A stretch of 63,099 nucleotides of DNA, the filler included, from Octopus bimaculoides (lineage: Eukaryota): assembly GCF_001194135.2 (NCBI RefSeq). It is 6 parts of 5 records of this genome, joined end to end, with 100 filler letters (N's around TTAATTAATTAA, not from the genome) between each part and the next. Parts side by side here need not be neighbours in the genome. Positions count along the whole stretch, not along the records: positions 45,086 to 58,136 come from NC_068987.1; positions 58,237 to 60,002 come from NC_068981.1; positions 60,103 to 63,099 come from NW_026338621.1; 3 more parts are not named here. One strand, given 5' to 3'. A program made the translations under genes and the position numbers. The first letter of the stretch is position 1; the number at the start of each line of letters is the position of its first letter. Positions 51,715 through 62,980 of this stretch are shown piece after piece. The notes under the pieces are model-generated. The model saw only the letters and a list, made by a program, of their open reading frames with translations, did not search any database and was not told the DNA's origin.

Positions 51715-51716
<2 letters not shown>
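51452..51716 (+). mobile_element. Double-headed SINE family A
   Basis: Head and core, then a second head (gtggctgtgtggtaagaagcttgc...gggcaagtgtctt), before the core terminus aagaagcccgtcg. Confidence 0.9.
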
Positions 51717-51755
<39 letters not shown>

Positions 51756-52505
51756 NNNNNNNNNNNNNNNNNNNNNNNNNNNNNNNNNNNNNNNNNNNNN
51801 NNNNNNNNNNNNNNNNNNNNNNNNNNNNNNNNNNNNNNNNNNNNNNNNNNNNNNNNNNNNNNNNNNNNNNNNNNNNNNNNNNNNNNNNNNNNNNNNNNNN
51901 NNNNNNNNNNNNNNNNNNNNNNNNNNNNNNNNNNNNNNNNNNNNNNNNNNNNNNNNNNNNNNNNNNNNNNNNNNNNNNNNNNNNNNNNNNNNNNNNNNNN
52001 NNNNNNNNNNNNNNNNNNNNNNNNNNNNNNNNNNNNNNNNNNNNNNNNNNNNNNNNNNNNNNNNNNNNNNNNNNNNNNNNNNNNNNNNNNNNNNNNNNNN
52101 NNNNNNNNNNNNNNNNNNNNNNNNNNNNNNNNNNNNNNNNNNNNNNNNNNNNNNNNNNNNNNNNNNNNNNNNNNNNNNNNNNNNNNNNNNNNNNNNNNNN
52201 NNNNNNNNNNNNNNNNNNNNNNNNNNNNNNNNNNNNNNNNNNNNNNNNNNNNNNNNNNNNNNNNNNNNNNNNNNNNNNNNNNNNNNNNNNNNNNNNNNNN
52301 NNNNNNNNNNNNNNNNNNNNNNNNNNNNNNNNNNNNNNNNNNNNNNNNNNNNNNNNNNNNNNNNNNNNNNNNNNNNNNNNNNNNNNNNNNNNNNNNNNNN
52401 NNNNNNNNNNNNNNNNNNNNNNNTGTGATTGCATAAATGTTTACATGTAGATACACTCCTGTAAAATGTACACACACCTACACACACACACGCACACACA
52501 CACAC

Positions 52506-52527
52506 ACTCTCTCTCTCTGTCTCTCTG

Positions 52528-52562
<35 letters not shown>

Positions 52563-52753
52563 ATCTTTCTGTCTCTCTGTCTGTCTCTCTGTCTGTCTCT
52601 CTGTCTGTCTCTCTGTCTGTCTCTCTGTCTGTCTCTCTGTCTCTCTCTATCTTTCTGTCTCTCTGTCTGTCTCTCTGTCTCTCTCTATCTCTGACTGTCT
52701 CTCTCTGTCTCTCTCTGTCTCTCTCTGTCTCTCTCTGTCTCTCTCTGTGTCTC

Positions 52754-52784
<31 letters not shown>

Positions 52785-52824
52785 GTCTGATCGCCCCTCT
52801 CACTCTCTCTCTCTGTCTCTCTCC

Positions 52825-52870
<46 letters not shown>
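52506..52870 (+). repeat. Compound (CT)/(CTGT)/(CTAT) pyrimidine tract
   Basis: Direct reading. Confidence 0.92.
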
Positions 52871-53669
52871 CCCCTTCTCTCTTTGTTCATGTGGTCAACA
52901 GATGCTGTGCTTATCCAAGCTATAGCGGATGAGAATCTGATAACCTACTGAGTGAAGGGGACATCATTGAATCCTTTGTTTTTATGAGTGTATTTATAGC
53001 AAGTCAGCTTTGCCGGGGTATCTTTACTCCCTTATTTCACCACACTGCTGTTTTTGTTTAACCCTAGGTAAGACCTGTTTCCTCAAACCAATGATCAAAC
53101 ACATTCCAGTTGTAACCACCCCGTCTGTTTTTACGAGCTGGGCGTTCAAAACCACATTTTCCTGCGGTATCTTTGTTTTTAAGATGGCAGAGTATGATCT
53201 AAGGGCGCTCACGTGATTTTTCTACAATATCGCTTGAGCACGTAGAGGCCCCTTCATTGACTCCCCAAGTTGTTTTTGTTGCTTTGGCTCAGCACAATCT
53301 AAATCACACAAACCTATAATCAAGAAGTTTCCAGGCGTGACCATCCCACATATTTCCTACCTGCAGAAGGCTTATAAACTCATTGTCCAACGTATCCCTT
53401 TTTTTTTGAGACATTAGGGTATTACTTAAGGGATATGCGATTACTTTTTCTAGCAAGTCGAGCTACTACATAGAAGATTTATCAGTCGTTGATATATATA
53501 AGATCGNNNNNNNNNNNNNNNNNNNNNNNNNNNNNNNNNNNNNNNNNNNNNNNNNNNNNNNNNNNNNNNNNNNNNNNNNNNNNNNNNNNNNNNNNNNNNN
53601 NNNNNNNNNNNNNNNNNNNNNNNNNNNNNNNNNNNNNTGTGTGTGTGTGTGTGTGTGTGTGTGTTTATA

Positions 53670-53878
53670 TTTTCCCCTTCCCCCACCTTTTGACAACCGG
53701 TGTTTTTGTTTACGTGCCTGTAAGTTAGTGGTTCGACAAAAAAGATCAATAGAATAAGTGTCAGGCTTGAAAAAAATAAATTTAAGTACTGGGATTGATT
53801 AAACCCCCCTCCGCCCCAGGCGTTGCCACCTCATGGCCGTTCTCCAATGACTGAACCAAGTAACAAATAAAAGATAAA
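53670..53878 (+). mobile_element. SINE family A tail module
   Basis: cccaccttttgacaaccggtgtttttgtttacgtgcctgtaagttagtggttcgac...atgactgaaccaagtaac. Confidence 0.8.
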
Positions 53879-54728
53879 TTCTGCACGAGTAATCTAATTA
53901 TTTCGAGGATCGTTAAACAGTTATCTACGTTTTTAAAACTGTCTGCCATTAAATTTGAAATTCGAAACAGCAGCAATAAAGCAGCGTCAACTATCTCCTT
54001 AAACAAGTAAGTGTTTTTCATTAACATGGCGACTTATTACGTTGCATATTCAGTTACATATCTCTTTCAATTGAGAGGTGGAACTCAGAGAAAACGAGTC
54101 TGTTGTCAGTAAGTAAAATGGGTTTGTTGAATAGGCAGATTTTTCAGAAGGTTTGGAACTCGTGGGAAAATTAATTTAATCCTGAAAATTAGCCTCGTTT
54201 CTGTTGAACTACACTGTCTCTCATCACTATCATTTATCGTCCGTTTACATGTTGGCATGGATTCTGAAAATAATAAAGAATTTAGGAAAATGACTTTGCC
54301 ATGATTAAGCTGATGTTAGGAATATAAATTAACATGAAATTGAAGCTTTTAATTCAGATAACTTGAAATTGAAAAAGCAGGAAGTTTGTAACAGAACTCG
54401 AGGCGGTTTCAAGATGATTGGTATCAAAAGGTTTATATCAAAGGGTTTGAATCACATTTGTACAGTCTCCTCCGCTGTCTCCAGCCTTTGCGTCTATTCC
54501 CATAGATGGAATTGAACTAGAATATGAAGCAGTTGAGGTACTTATTAGTCTTGAAATGCTGCTACTGCTTACAGTGCCGAAGGTTGCCCCAACCCGGCTT
54601 TTTTTTTTTATACTATGTTGTACCTAGTCGCAGTTAGAGGGCCTGAGTAACTCGTGTGTTGAATGTCGAGTGCGGTGCAGCCTCAGGAGAAAAGGAAACA
54701 AACCGTCAACCTAAACTCAGTCAGCAGT

Positions 54729-54892
54729 TTTTAGGGAGTGGGGGACACATTGATTACAATGACCCCAGTCACATCATTTTATCGTTCTCCAAAGGGATGT
54801 AAGAAAAAGTTGATCTCGGCGGAATTCGAGCGCAGAAGATAAAGAAATACTGTGAAGCATTTTGTCTAACGTGCTAATGGTTCTGCCAGTCT
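54729..54892 (-). mobile_element. SINE family C (diverged)
   Basis: gggatgtaagaaaaagttgatctcggcggaattcgagcgcagaag...gcattttgtctaacgtgctaatggttctgccag. Confidence 0.75.
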
Positions 54893-54957
54893 TATTTTGT
54901 AATTATTCATTTCTGATTTTGAAACACCGTTTGTCAGGCGATGCTGGACATATATTA

Positions 54958-55109
54958 CAGAAGGGCTTCCACACAGTTTCGGTCAAGTAAATTCACTTAC
55001 AAGACATTGGTCGTCCCGAGGCTATAGTAGAAAACATTTGCCCTAAGGGGATCTGGAACCACATAGTGGCAGAGAGAACTTCTTAACCCCCAAACCATGT
55101 CTGTACCTA
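54958..55109 (-). mobile_element. SINE family A head plus core (diverged)
   Basis: gggcttccacacagtttcgg...ggtcgtcccgaggctatagtagaaaacatttgccc. Confidence 0.75.
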
Positions 55110-56056
55110 TTATGTTTATTAAACATGTGTAGCAAATTAATTTATTTGCAGTTTGTTCGCAAACCCGCATTCTCAGCAGTTTAGTTAATTAATTCGTAAC
55201 ATCAGCTAATTAACTGATATGTAAATAAATGAAAGCAATGCCAGTTACTTACTGCAATTTTCACAAGTAGTTGTAAGCTTCTATCGTTCTCTGTAGAACG
55301 GACGAATTTAGCACTCCTGATAAGTCGGTAAAGAACAGGTGAAACTAGTCTAGCTGCCCTTCATTTCTTTCATTCATTCGAGAGAGAGCTCTAGGAGATC
55401 TTTTTGTATAGGAAGATAATTGTATGTGGTATTTACTTGCGCAACAAGACGATGATTTGGAGAACTTAATTCTTGGATTTCCTTATCCTGGATTGGTCTA
55501 CACTTGGACTACACTACACTTATGAATTCCCTCGGAGTTCATCGTTTTTGTACCTTTAATACATACATATGTGTGTGTGTGTATTAGTTGAATGCACACA
55601 CGTAAGTTATCCACAAAACCACAGTCTCGGCATACTTTAGGTAATAAAAATACATTTCCTTTATAAATTTGAACACAAAACAGAAACCAAACAAATATCA
55701 ACACGAAAAAATGTAACAAAAGAAAAAAGAAAAAAAAAATTCAAATTAGAAATGTTTTCTTTCGTCACCCCGTCATCTATTTAGAATTTGTAAATACGAA
55801 TGTAAGAAAGATTTGAAAGTTTTGCTTCGTTCATTGAAAACTTTACAGACCCTGCGGCAATAGTCCTTGAAGCAATGTACGTCATGCAGATTTGCAAGCT
55901 ATGTACAGAGGACTCGAATTATGTATAGAAAAAGAAAACCAGAGCCTGAGGAAGTTGGAAATGCTTCGCGCCAGCCCCCCCCCACTTTCTCCAAACACAA
56001 TAAACAAATATAAGAATACTCAAAAGTAGTTTTACACTTGTACTACTTCTAGCTAC

Positions 56057-56425
56057 GGAGGTGCAACGGCCCAGTGGTTAGGGCAGCAAACTCGCGGTCG
56101 TAGGATCGCGGTTTCGATTCCCAGACCGGTCGTTGCGAGTGTTTATTGAGCTAAAACACCTAAAGCTCCATGAGGCTCCAGCAAGGGGCGGTAGAGAACC
56201 CTGCGCTACTCTTTCACCACAACTTTCTCTCACTCTTTCTTCCTGTTTCTCTTGTACCAATATTTCATAAGGGCCAGCTTTGTCACACTCTTTGTCCCCG
56301 AGAACTACGTTCAGGGTACACGTGTCGGTAAAGTGTTCAACCACTTGGACGTTAATTTCACGAGCAGGCTGTTCCGTTGATCGGATGATCTGGAACCCTT
56401 CTCGTCGCAACCGACGGAGTGCCAC
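56057..56425 (+). mobile_element. tRNA-derived SINE, family B (second copy)
   Basis: Homologous to 47966-48340; diverged TSD ctacttctagcta (56043-56055) / ctaattctagata (56425-56437). Confidence 0.9.
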
Positions 56426-57087
56426 TAATTCTAGATAGTTGACTGTGATCACGAAGTTGTTTGCGTACCGCTGTAGTTGTTGCTGCTGCTATTGTTGTTG
56501 TAGTTGCAGATCTTACTTATTCCATTTGATTGAGGAAGCCCGTGGATATACTGTTATAACTGTTATAACTATTCTATCGTTTTTAAAATATCAAACTACA
56601 TAATCCGATGTTTTTTTTTTGTTTTTTTTAATGAAGCTACTAGAGCAATGGTTCTCAGCCATTTTTTGCACATGGACCCCTTTGATAAACATTGCGCTAG
56701 TATGTGATATAAGAAATTTAGCTGCTATTCCTAACACGCCGAGCAAACACAGAAGCACCCAAAACTCAAAGTCCCTCTCGATGACAAGGGCTCAGTTCGT
56801 TAGCAGATTCATTTCGTTGGAGAAGTGATGTTTTTCTGTTAGACTTCAGCCTGAAATGTCAGAATTCTCTCTTCTGCGACTGTGTCTTATTTTTCAAACG
56901 ATCCTTTCTACCTTTTACACAAGGCCAGTAATTCTAAGGCGAGGTCAAAGTCGATTACATTGTGAGTCTAAAAAGCTGTATGACAAACCTCAATCTAAAT
57001 TCTACGAATTCCGACAGAAATTGCGACAGATCGTCACGTGACTTCTGCCAACCAATGAGAGAAAGGCACAAAAATAGTTCTATCCAT

Positions 57088-57126
<39 letters not shown>

Positions 57127-57194
57127 TTTTCTTTTAGCATATACCCAAAAGCCTGAACAATCAGTCACAAAGGTTTGAAACTTGAAGTTGATAT

Positions 57195-57352
57195 GGAATA
57201 AAGCGAAGGGCATCCAGCCACAGAAGCCACGCGAAAACAGACAACAGAGTTTGGCGTGGTCTTCTGATTAGCCAGTTCCTGGCAAACTGTTCTACCCATA
57301 CAAACGTTAAATGATGACGATGATGAAGATGATGATGATGATGATGATGATG
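57195..57352 (+). mobile_element. Family D repeat (LINE-like or SINE 3' end with (GAT)n tail)
   Basis: gggcatccagccacagaagcc...acccatac...aaacgttaaatgatgacgatgatg; homologous to 60487-60630. Confidence 0.7.
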
Positions 57353-58236
57353 ATGAGGAGGAGGAGGAGGAAAATATTCAATGTTGTGTACTGAGTATTG
57401 CCATTCTCGTTAACATTACTAATCACACACACACACGCATACACACACATTAATACAAGCACACATACACACATACACATTCACGCAAGCACACATGCGT
57501 ATATATATATATATATATATATATGTATGAATATGTGTGTGTGTGTGTGTGTGTGTACGTACATGCGTGTGTTGCTGTAAAATAATATGCCGAGTTGCAC
57601 TTACAGAAAAATTAATTAGCCATCTGGTAATTAAGGATAAATAAAATAAGATTCAGACTGAAAAAGGTAGTCGTCGTATATTATCGATTAAAAGCTGATG
57701 AAAAGTGTGCTCCAGCATGGCCACAGTCTAATGGCACAAACCAGGAACTGAATATATGCATGCGTGGAAGCTGAAGACGTCACAGATCACACATGCACAT
57801 GTATGCATATGTCTATGCATACATGCATGTATGTAAGTGTGGCTCATGTGTGTTTGTGTTTGTGTGTGTGTATGTGTGTGTATTCGTGTGTATGTGTTTG
57901 TGTGTTCGTGTGTGTGTGTGCCTTTGTATGTGTTTGTGTGTGTGTTTGTGTGTATGTGTGTGTGTTTGTGTGTGTGTGTTTGTGTGTGTGTTTGTGTGTG
58001 TGTTCGTGTGTGTGTGTTTGTGTGTGTGTGTGTGTTTGTGTGTGTTTGTGTGTGTGTGTGTTGTGTGTTCGTGTGTGTGTGCTTGTGTGTGTGCTTGTGT
58101 GTGTGTTTGTGAGTTTGTGTGTGTGTGTGTTTTTGTNNNNNNNNNNNNNNNNNNNNNNNNNNNNNNNNNNNNNNNNNNNNTTAATTAATTAANNNNNNNN
58201 NNNNNNNNNNNNNNNNNNNNNNNNNNNNNNNNNNNN

Positions 58237-58385
58237 ATTCGACGGGCTTCTTTCAGTTTCCGTTTACTGAATCCACTCACAAAGCCTTGGTCGGCCCGAG
58301 GCTATAGTAGAAGACACTTGCCCAGGTTGCCACGCAATGGGACTGAACCGACGGATTGCCGTAGTAGTAGTAGTAGTAGTAGTAA

Positions 58386-58459
<74 letters not shown>

Positions 58460-58660
58460 TATGAGTGTATGCGCGCACGTGTTTGTCTCCCATCACCGCT
58501 TGACAACCGATGTTGATGTGTTTATGCCTCCGAAACCTAGTGGTTTGGCAAAAGTGTCCGATAGAATATGCCCCCAGGCTCAAAGTAAGATACTGGGGCC
58601 GATTCGTTTGACTAAAATTCTTCCAGCGCAGCCGGAGTCCAATCACTGAAAGAAGAAAAA
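58237..58660. mobile_element. SINE family A halves in opposite orientation around (GTA)n
   Basis: 58237-58340 is head/core on the minus strand, 58361-58458 is (GTA)n, and 58480-58660 is the tail on the plus strand. Confidence 0.8.
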
Positions 58661-59243
58661 GCAGAAAAGAAAAAAAAAAGCACCGCAACCGCACATATCT
58701 ATGGGATATCGTTACTACAAAACAGACACACTTTGTAGACCAACAATGGACGAATGCAGACATACGTATCACGGAGAGTGCTACACGCTAGAATTGCTAC
58801 TCTAGCATCTAGAAGAATGCTGCTGTTCCATACACACAAAATTTCCTGCCCTCCAAACTACAGACGTCCTGTTGTTTTTTTTGTTTTTCTGTTTTTTTGT
58901 TTCTTCTCTGCCTGTCTTATCTATATCCGATCAAACCTCAACGGGGTTTGTTCCCCGGAGAGAATATGATGTCTGATTAATAAGTGATGGTCATCTGAAG
59001 GAGGTGGTTTATCTGACAAACTGATTGATGGTCATCTCTCAGATCTTGTTAGCAACTCTACAAACTGATCGTCATTTGTGCACCAATTTAACCCACTTGC
59101 ACAAGTTTTAGCGCTCCCGCAAACATTCAAGATAAAATGATCCACTGTTGTATTTCCACTCCAAACCAGATGCATCTAACAATTTTGATGAGCTCAATAG
59201 CTTTCCGGATGTTCATCACCAGTATAAGAGAGAGAGAGAGAGC

Positions 59244-59320
<77 letters not shown>

Positions 59321-59644
59321 GAGAGAAGAGAGAGAGAGAGAACAGCACCTCAGATGTTTCTTTATTCCATGCCATATGATCCCATTCAAACTCAGGAACG
59401 GTAGCATTTTTGCCAACGCCGATCCCATTCCGTGTCCACACACATATATATATAACATAGTTATTAGTGACAGGCAAAATACTTTATAAGCTCTCTGTTA
59501 ATACACCAGTCTAACAATATTGTTCAGATTAATAAAGAACTCCACCCATTCTTGTAGAAGGGTTCGAGTTTATAATTCATCCCCTCCTATACGTAAATCC
59601 ACGACTGTGTTTCAGTCATACTGGTTTTTACACAGAGTGGTATA

Positions 59645-59978
59645 CGAGACAAGGCATAAATAATGGTCATTACATATTTTTCCTTTATTAGAGTAAATTT
59701 GACTTACAGCCGTTTCCAATAGCCATTAGAGATTCATTGTTGTTAGGTTTATTCAATCGGTTCATTGATCTGTTGATAATTGAATGACTTAGAAAATTAA
59801 TGTCACTGACGAAAGTAGCATTACTTTCCTACATTGTTCAATTTTTGTCACCCGATCAATGGTCCGATTGAGTGAATCTGTCAATAATGAACCTCTAATG
59901 AATACTGGAAACAGCTGTAAGTCAAATTTGCTACAATAAAGAAAAATATAAAATGACCATTGTTTATGTCTTTCCTCA
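59645..59978. mobile_element. Mariner-type MITE with long TIRs and TA target
   Basis: Left cgagacaaggcataaataatggtcattacatatttttcctttattagagtaaatttgacttacagccgtttcc.. mirrors right ..ggaaacagctgtaagtcaaatttgctacaataaagaaaaatataaaatgaccattgtttatgtctttcctc; TA on both sides. Confidence 0.85.
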
Positions 59979-60486
59979 TATATATATATATATATATATA
60001 TANNNNNNNNNNNNNNNNNNNNNNNNNNNNNNNNNNNNNNNNNNNNTTAATTAATTAANNNNNNNNNNNNNNNNNNNNNNNNNNNNNNNNNNNNNNNNNN
60101 NNTCTCCAGTGTGAGCACATCCTTTTCTCTCCTGCCCATGCGTCTCAATGACGTTGCAAAGAACCATGGGCCTGTCCTTCCTTCCTGACTTATGATAATA
60201 TACAACTTAACCAACATTCCTTTGCTACAGAAAAATATGCATGCACCCATGTTCTACCATAAAACTCAATCAAATCCAACAAATAATAACAATCATTAAT
60301 CTTTTTCTTTCTACTAATTCTAATTTTGGTTTGAGGAAGGCTTTCACAGGCTCTCTGAAATGGGTAGGATTGATGCTGTGAACATTCTGCTTAAGCCATT
60401 TGTTACCAAATTTATTCCGAAATACACTGCCTTTGTCTTAATTAATTTTGAAAATCATGAAGAATTTAGTAAAATAACTTTGGTAT

Positions 60487-60630
60487 TAGGGAGGGCATCC
60501 AGCCATAGAAACCTTGCCACAACAGACACTTGGAGTCTGGACAGCTCCCTGCTAGTCAACTCCATGTGAAACTGCCCAACCCATACCAGCATGGAGAGCA
60601 GATGTTAAACAATGATGATGATGATGATGA
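60487..60630 (+). mobile_element. Family D repeat
   Basis: gggagggcatccagccatagaaaccttgcc...ccaacccataccagcatggagagcagatgttaaacaatgatgatg. Confidence 0.75.
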
Positions 60631-60962
60631 GTATTAAGTAGATGTTTGGGACATAAATTAACATGGAATTTTAAAGGGAGGTCTTAATTTAGATCACTTT
60701 AAAATAAATAGGCTTATATTAGCACAATATCCAGTTTTAAGTAGGTTGGTAACAAAAGCATTAAACTATTGCAAGTCAATGCTTGCAAGAAAAACACATA
60801 CAGAGAGAAAATCATGTCCAGGATTTGACACATATGTGCTGGTGCCCCCAACAGAGAACCATGAAACAATTCAAAAACTCTAACATTTATCCACAGGTTT
60901 TATTCCTTGTCTACTTATACACGTATTCTGGAAAGAAAAGACTGAATATAGTGGTTAATGTA

Positions 60963-61115
60963 AGAGGACTGGATTCCAGTGCTCAGCTTATTTTACCAAA
61001 CCTGAGAGGATGAAAGGCAAAATTAACTGCAATGGAATTTGGCCTCAGAACCTGAAGTTGGAAGAAATGCTACAAAGCATTTTGTCTAGAATGCAAGCAA
61101 TTCTGCCTGCTCACC
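60963..61115 (-). mobile_element. SINE family C (diverged)
   Basis: gaggatgaaaggcaaaattaactgcaatggaatttggcctcagaac. Confidence 0.7.
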
Positions 61116-61142
61116 ACCTTACTGTTGCTACTACTGCTGCTG

Positions 61143-61176
<34 letters not shown>

Positions 61177-61246
61177 GACTACTACTACTACTACCACTCC
61201 TGCTGCCACCACCACTACCACCACCGCTACTACTACTAATAATAAT

Positions 61247-61464
61247 AATCTTTTTTAATCTAGGCACAAGGCCCAAAATTTTTGGGGAGGGGGGGCACTC
61301 GATTAAATCGAGCCCAGTACACAACTGGTACTTGATTTATGAACCCCGAAAGGATGAAAGGTAAAGTCGACCTCGGCGGAATTTGAACTCAGAATGTAAA
61401 GACGGATGAAATACTGCTAAGCATTTCGCCCAGCTTGCTAATGATTCTGCCAGCTTTCCACCTT
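61247..61464 (-). mobile_element. SINE family C, full length
   Basis: ccccgaaaggatgaaaggtaaagtcgacctcggcggaatttgaactcagaatgtaaagacggatgaaatactgctaagcatttcgccc. Confidence 0.9.
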
Positions 61465-61790
61465 AATAATGGGGATAATACTAATAATGTTTTCTTTATC
61501 AAACGCTAAGGGTTCACGAAAAAACATTGGGTACAGTACAGGACAATACAATGTGTGGTTACATTAAATGCATACAAAAAGTAAAAAAACAGTAACAGAA
61601 TAAAATTATAACAATGAATAATTCCCCAAAAGAGGGTGAATTCTTTGGGGTGCTCAAGGAGACACCACAAAATCACGGCCACCCTAACCACTAGAGCAAG
61701 AGCCCTCTCCGCATAATTCTTATTTAACCTACAAGCACATACTTAGAGTAGGCCTGTTCAATTGCACTATTCTTGTAACATTCTTTTCTC

Positions 61791-61993
61791 TTCTAGGCAG
61801 AATGCCCAAATTTTTTAGGGAGGGGGCCAGTCAATTAGATCAACTCCAGTATGCAACTGGTACTTAATTTATCGACCCCAGAAGGATGAAAGGCAAAGTC
61901 GAACTTGGCAGAATTTGAACTCAGAATGTAAAGACAGACAAAATATTGCTAAGCATTTCGCCTGGCGTGCTAATGTTTCTGGCAGCTTGCCAC
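61791..61993 (-). mobile_element. SINE family C, full length
   Basis: ttatcgaccccagaaggatgaaaggcaaagtcgaacttggcagaatttgaactcagaatg. Confidence 0.9.
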
Positions 61994-62250
61994 AATTTTG
62001 TAACATTCACCTAACTTTTAACAAAATTGCTGAGAGACAGCACTTCCCTCTCTACCCTCACTTCCCCAGGCTGACACTATGTCTGTCAACCTTGAAAGGA
62101 TAAAGAGTAAAGACGTCCTCAGTGTGATTTAAATTCAGGATGCAAATAACTGGAATGAGTATTGTAATGCATTCTACCTAGTGCTGTAATGACTCTGCCA
62201 ACTTGCTGCCTATAAGAGTGCAACTATGAAATATAAAAGAATGACCATAC

Positions 62251-62458
62251 TTGCTGAATAGGCCGAGTTCGCCGTTGTAGTTGTCAATCCAGCTGCAGCT
62301 GCTGCAATATATACTAATAAATATTCAGGATTATTTGTAGAATATACTGCAATGACATCTCCAGGTTTATATCCAGATTTCTTAAAAGCACTTGCTACTT
62401 TTAAAGACTTAGAAATTACATCTGAATATGAATATTTAACTCCAGTCAAACCATTTTC
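62251..62458 (-). CDS. Internal exon of a luciferase-like / 4-coumarate-CoA ligase-like acyl-CoA synthetase (ANL adenylate-forming superfamily), N-terminal domain
   Basis: Translates ENGLTGVKYSYSDVISKSLKVASAFKKSGYKPGDVIAVYSTNNPEYLLVYIAAAAAGLTTTTANSAYSA, matching the 4CL/luciferase N-terminal pattern (TG..YSY....KVASA....G.KPGDV.AVY..N.PEY......A...G.....AN.AY). Acceptor tttctttttctttgctaattcaacag (AG at 62460-62459, phase 0); donor A|gtatgg (GT at 62250-62249, phase 1); 208 nt. Confidence 0.85.
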
Positions 62459-62842
62459 CTGTTGAATTAGCAAAGAAAAAGAAATTGATTAGTTAAACAG
62501 CAACATGTAAAATTAATCATAATCACCATTGTCGTCATCGTCATCACCTTCATCACCAGCACCATGACCATCCTCATCATCATCATTTTTTGTATGTCCA
62601 CTTTTCGCTTCTGGAATAGGTTGGACTGACCTGTTAGTGTCTTAACATTTGCCATAGTCCTCCACTATCTGGGACACAAAGAAAGGGGAAAATGACCATC
62701 TTTACTGAATATGTCATAGTCTGGACATGGTTCTTATGGCTGGATGCCCTTCCTGTCAACTTGCTTTGATAATGAGAAATATATCAGAATAGAAGAAATA
62801 TAACTTTTGAGTGAAGTTGTTTTATATTTTTTAATTAGTTAA

Positions 62843-62980
62843 GTCTAGTTCTCAACCATAAGGTTTTAGATTCAGTCCCATTTCATGGTATTTTGAGAAA
62901 GTAGCTTATATTATAACCCTGAGCCAACCAATGTCTTGTGAGTGGATTTGGTAGATGGAAATCAAAAGAAGCCCATCACA
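62843..62980 (+). mobile_element. SINE family A head plus core (diverged)
   Basis: gattcagtccc...ttgtgagtggatttggtagatggaaatcaaaagaagccc. Confidence 0.8.

Noticed and set aside
8169-58192. Long ORFs of 150-400 aa containing X runs or YI/CV/SL/RE/TH repeats
   Set aside because: Produced by N-gaps and dinucleotide microsatellites that lack stop codons.
62467-62655. ORF MANVKTLTG... as the upstream exon of the luciferase-like gene
   Set aside because: Overlaps a family D repeat and a (CAT)n tract and has no donor; the true upstream exon probably lies beyond the window.
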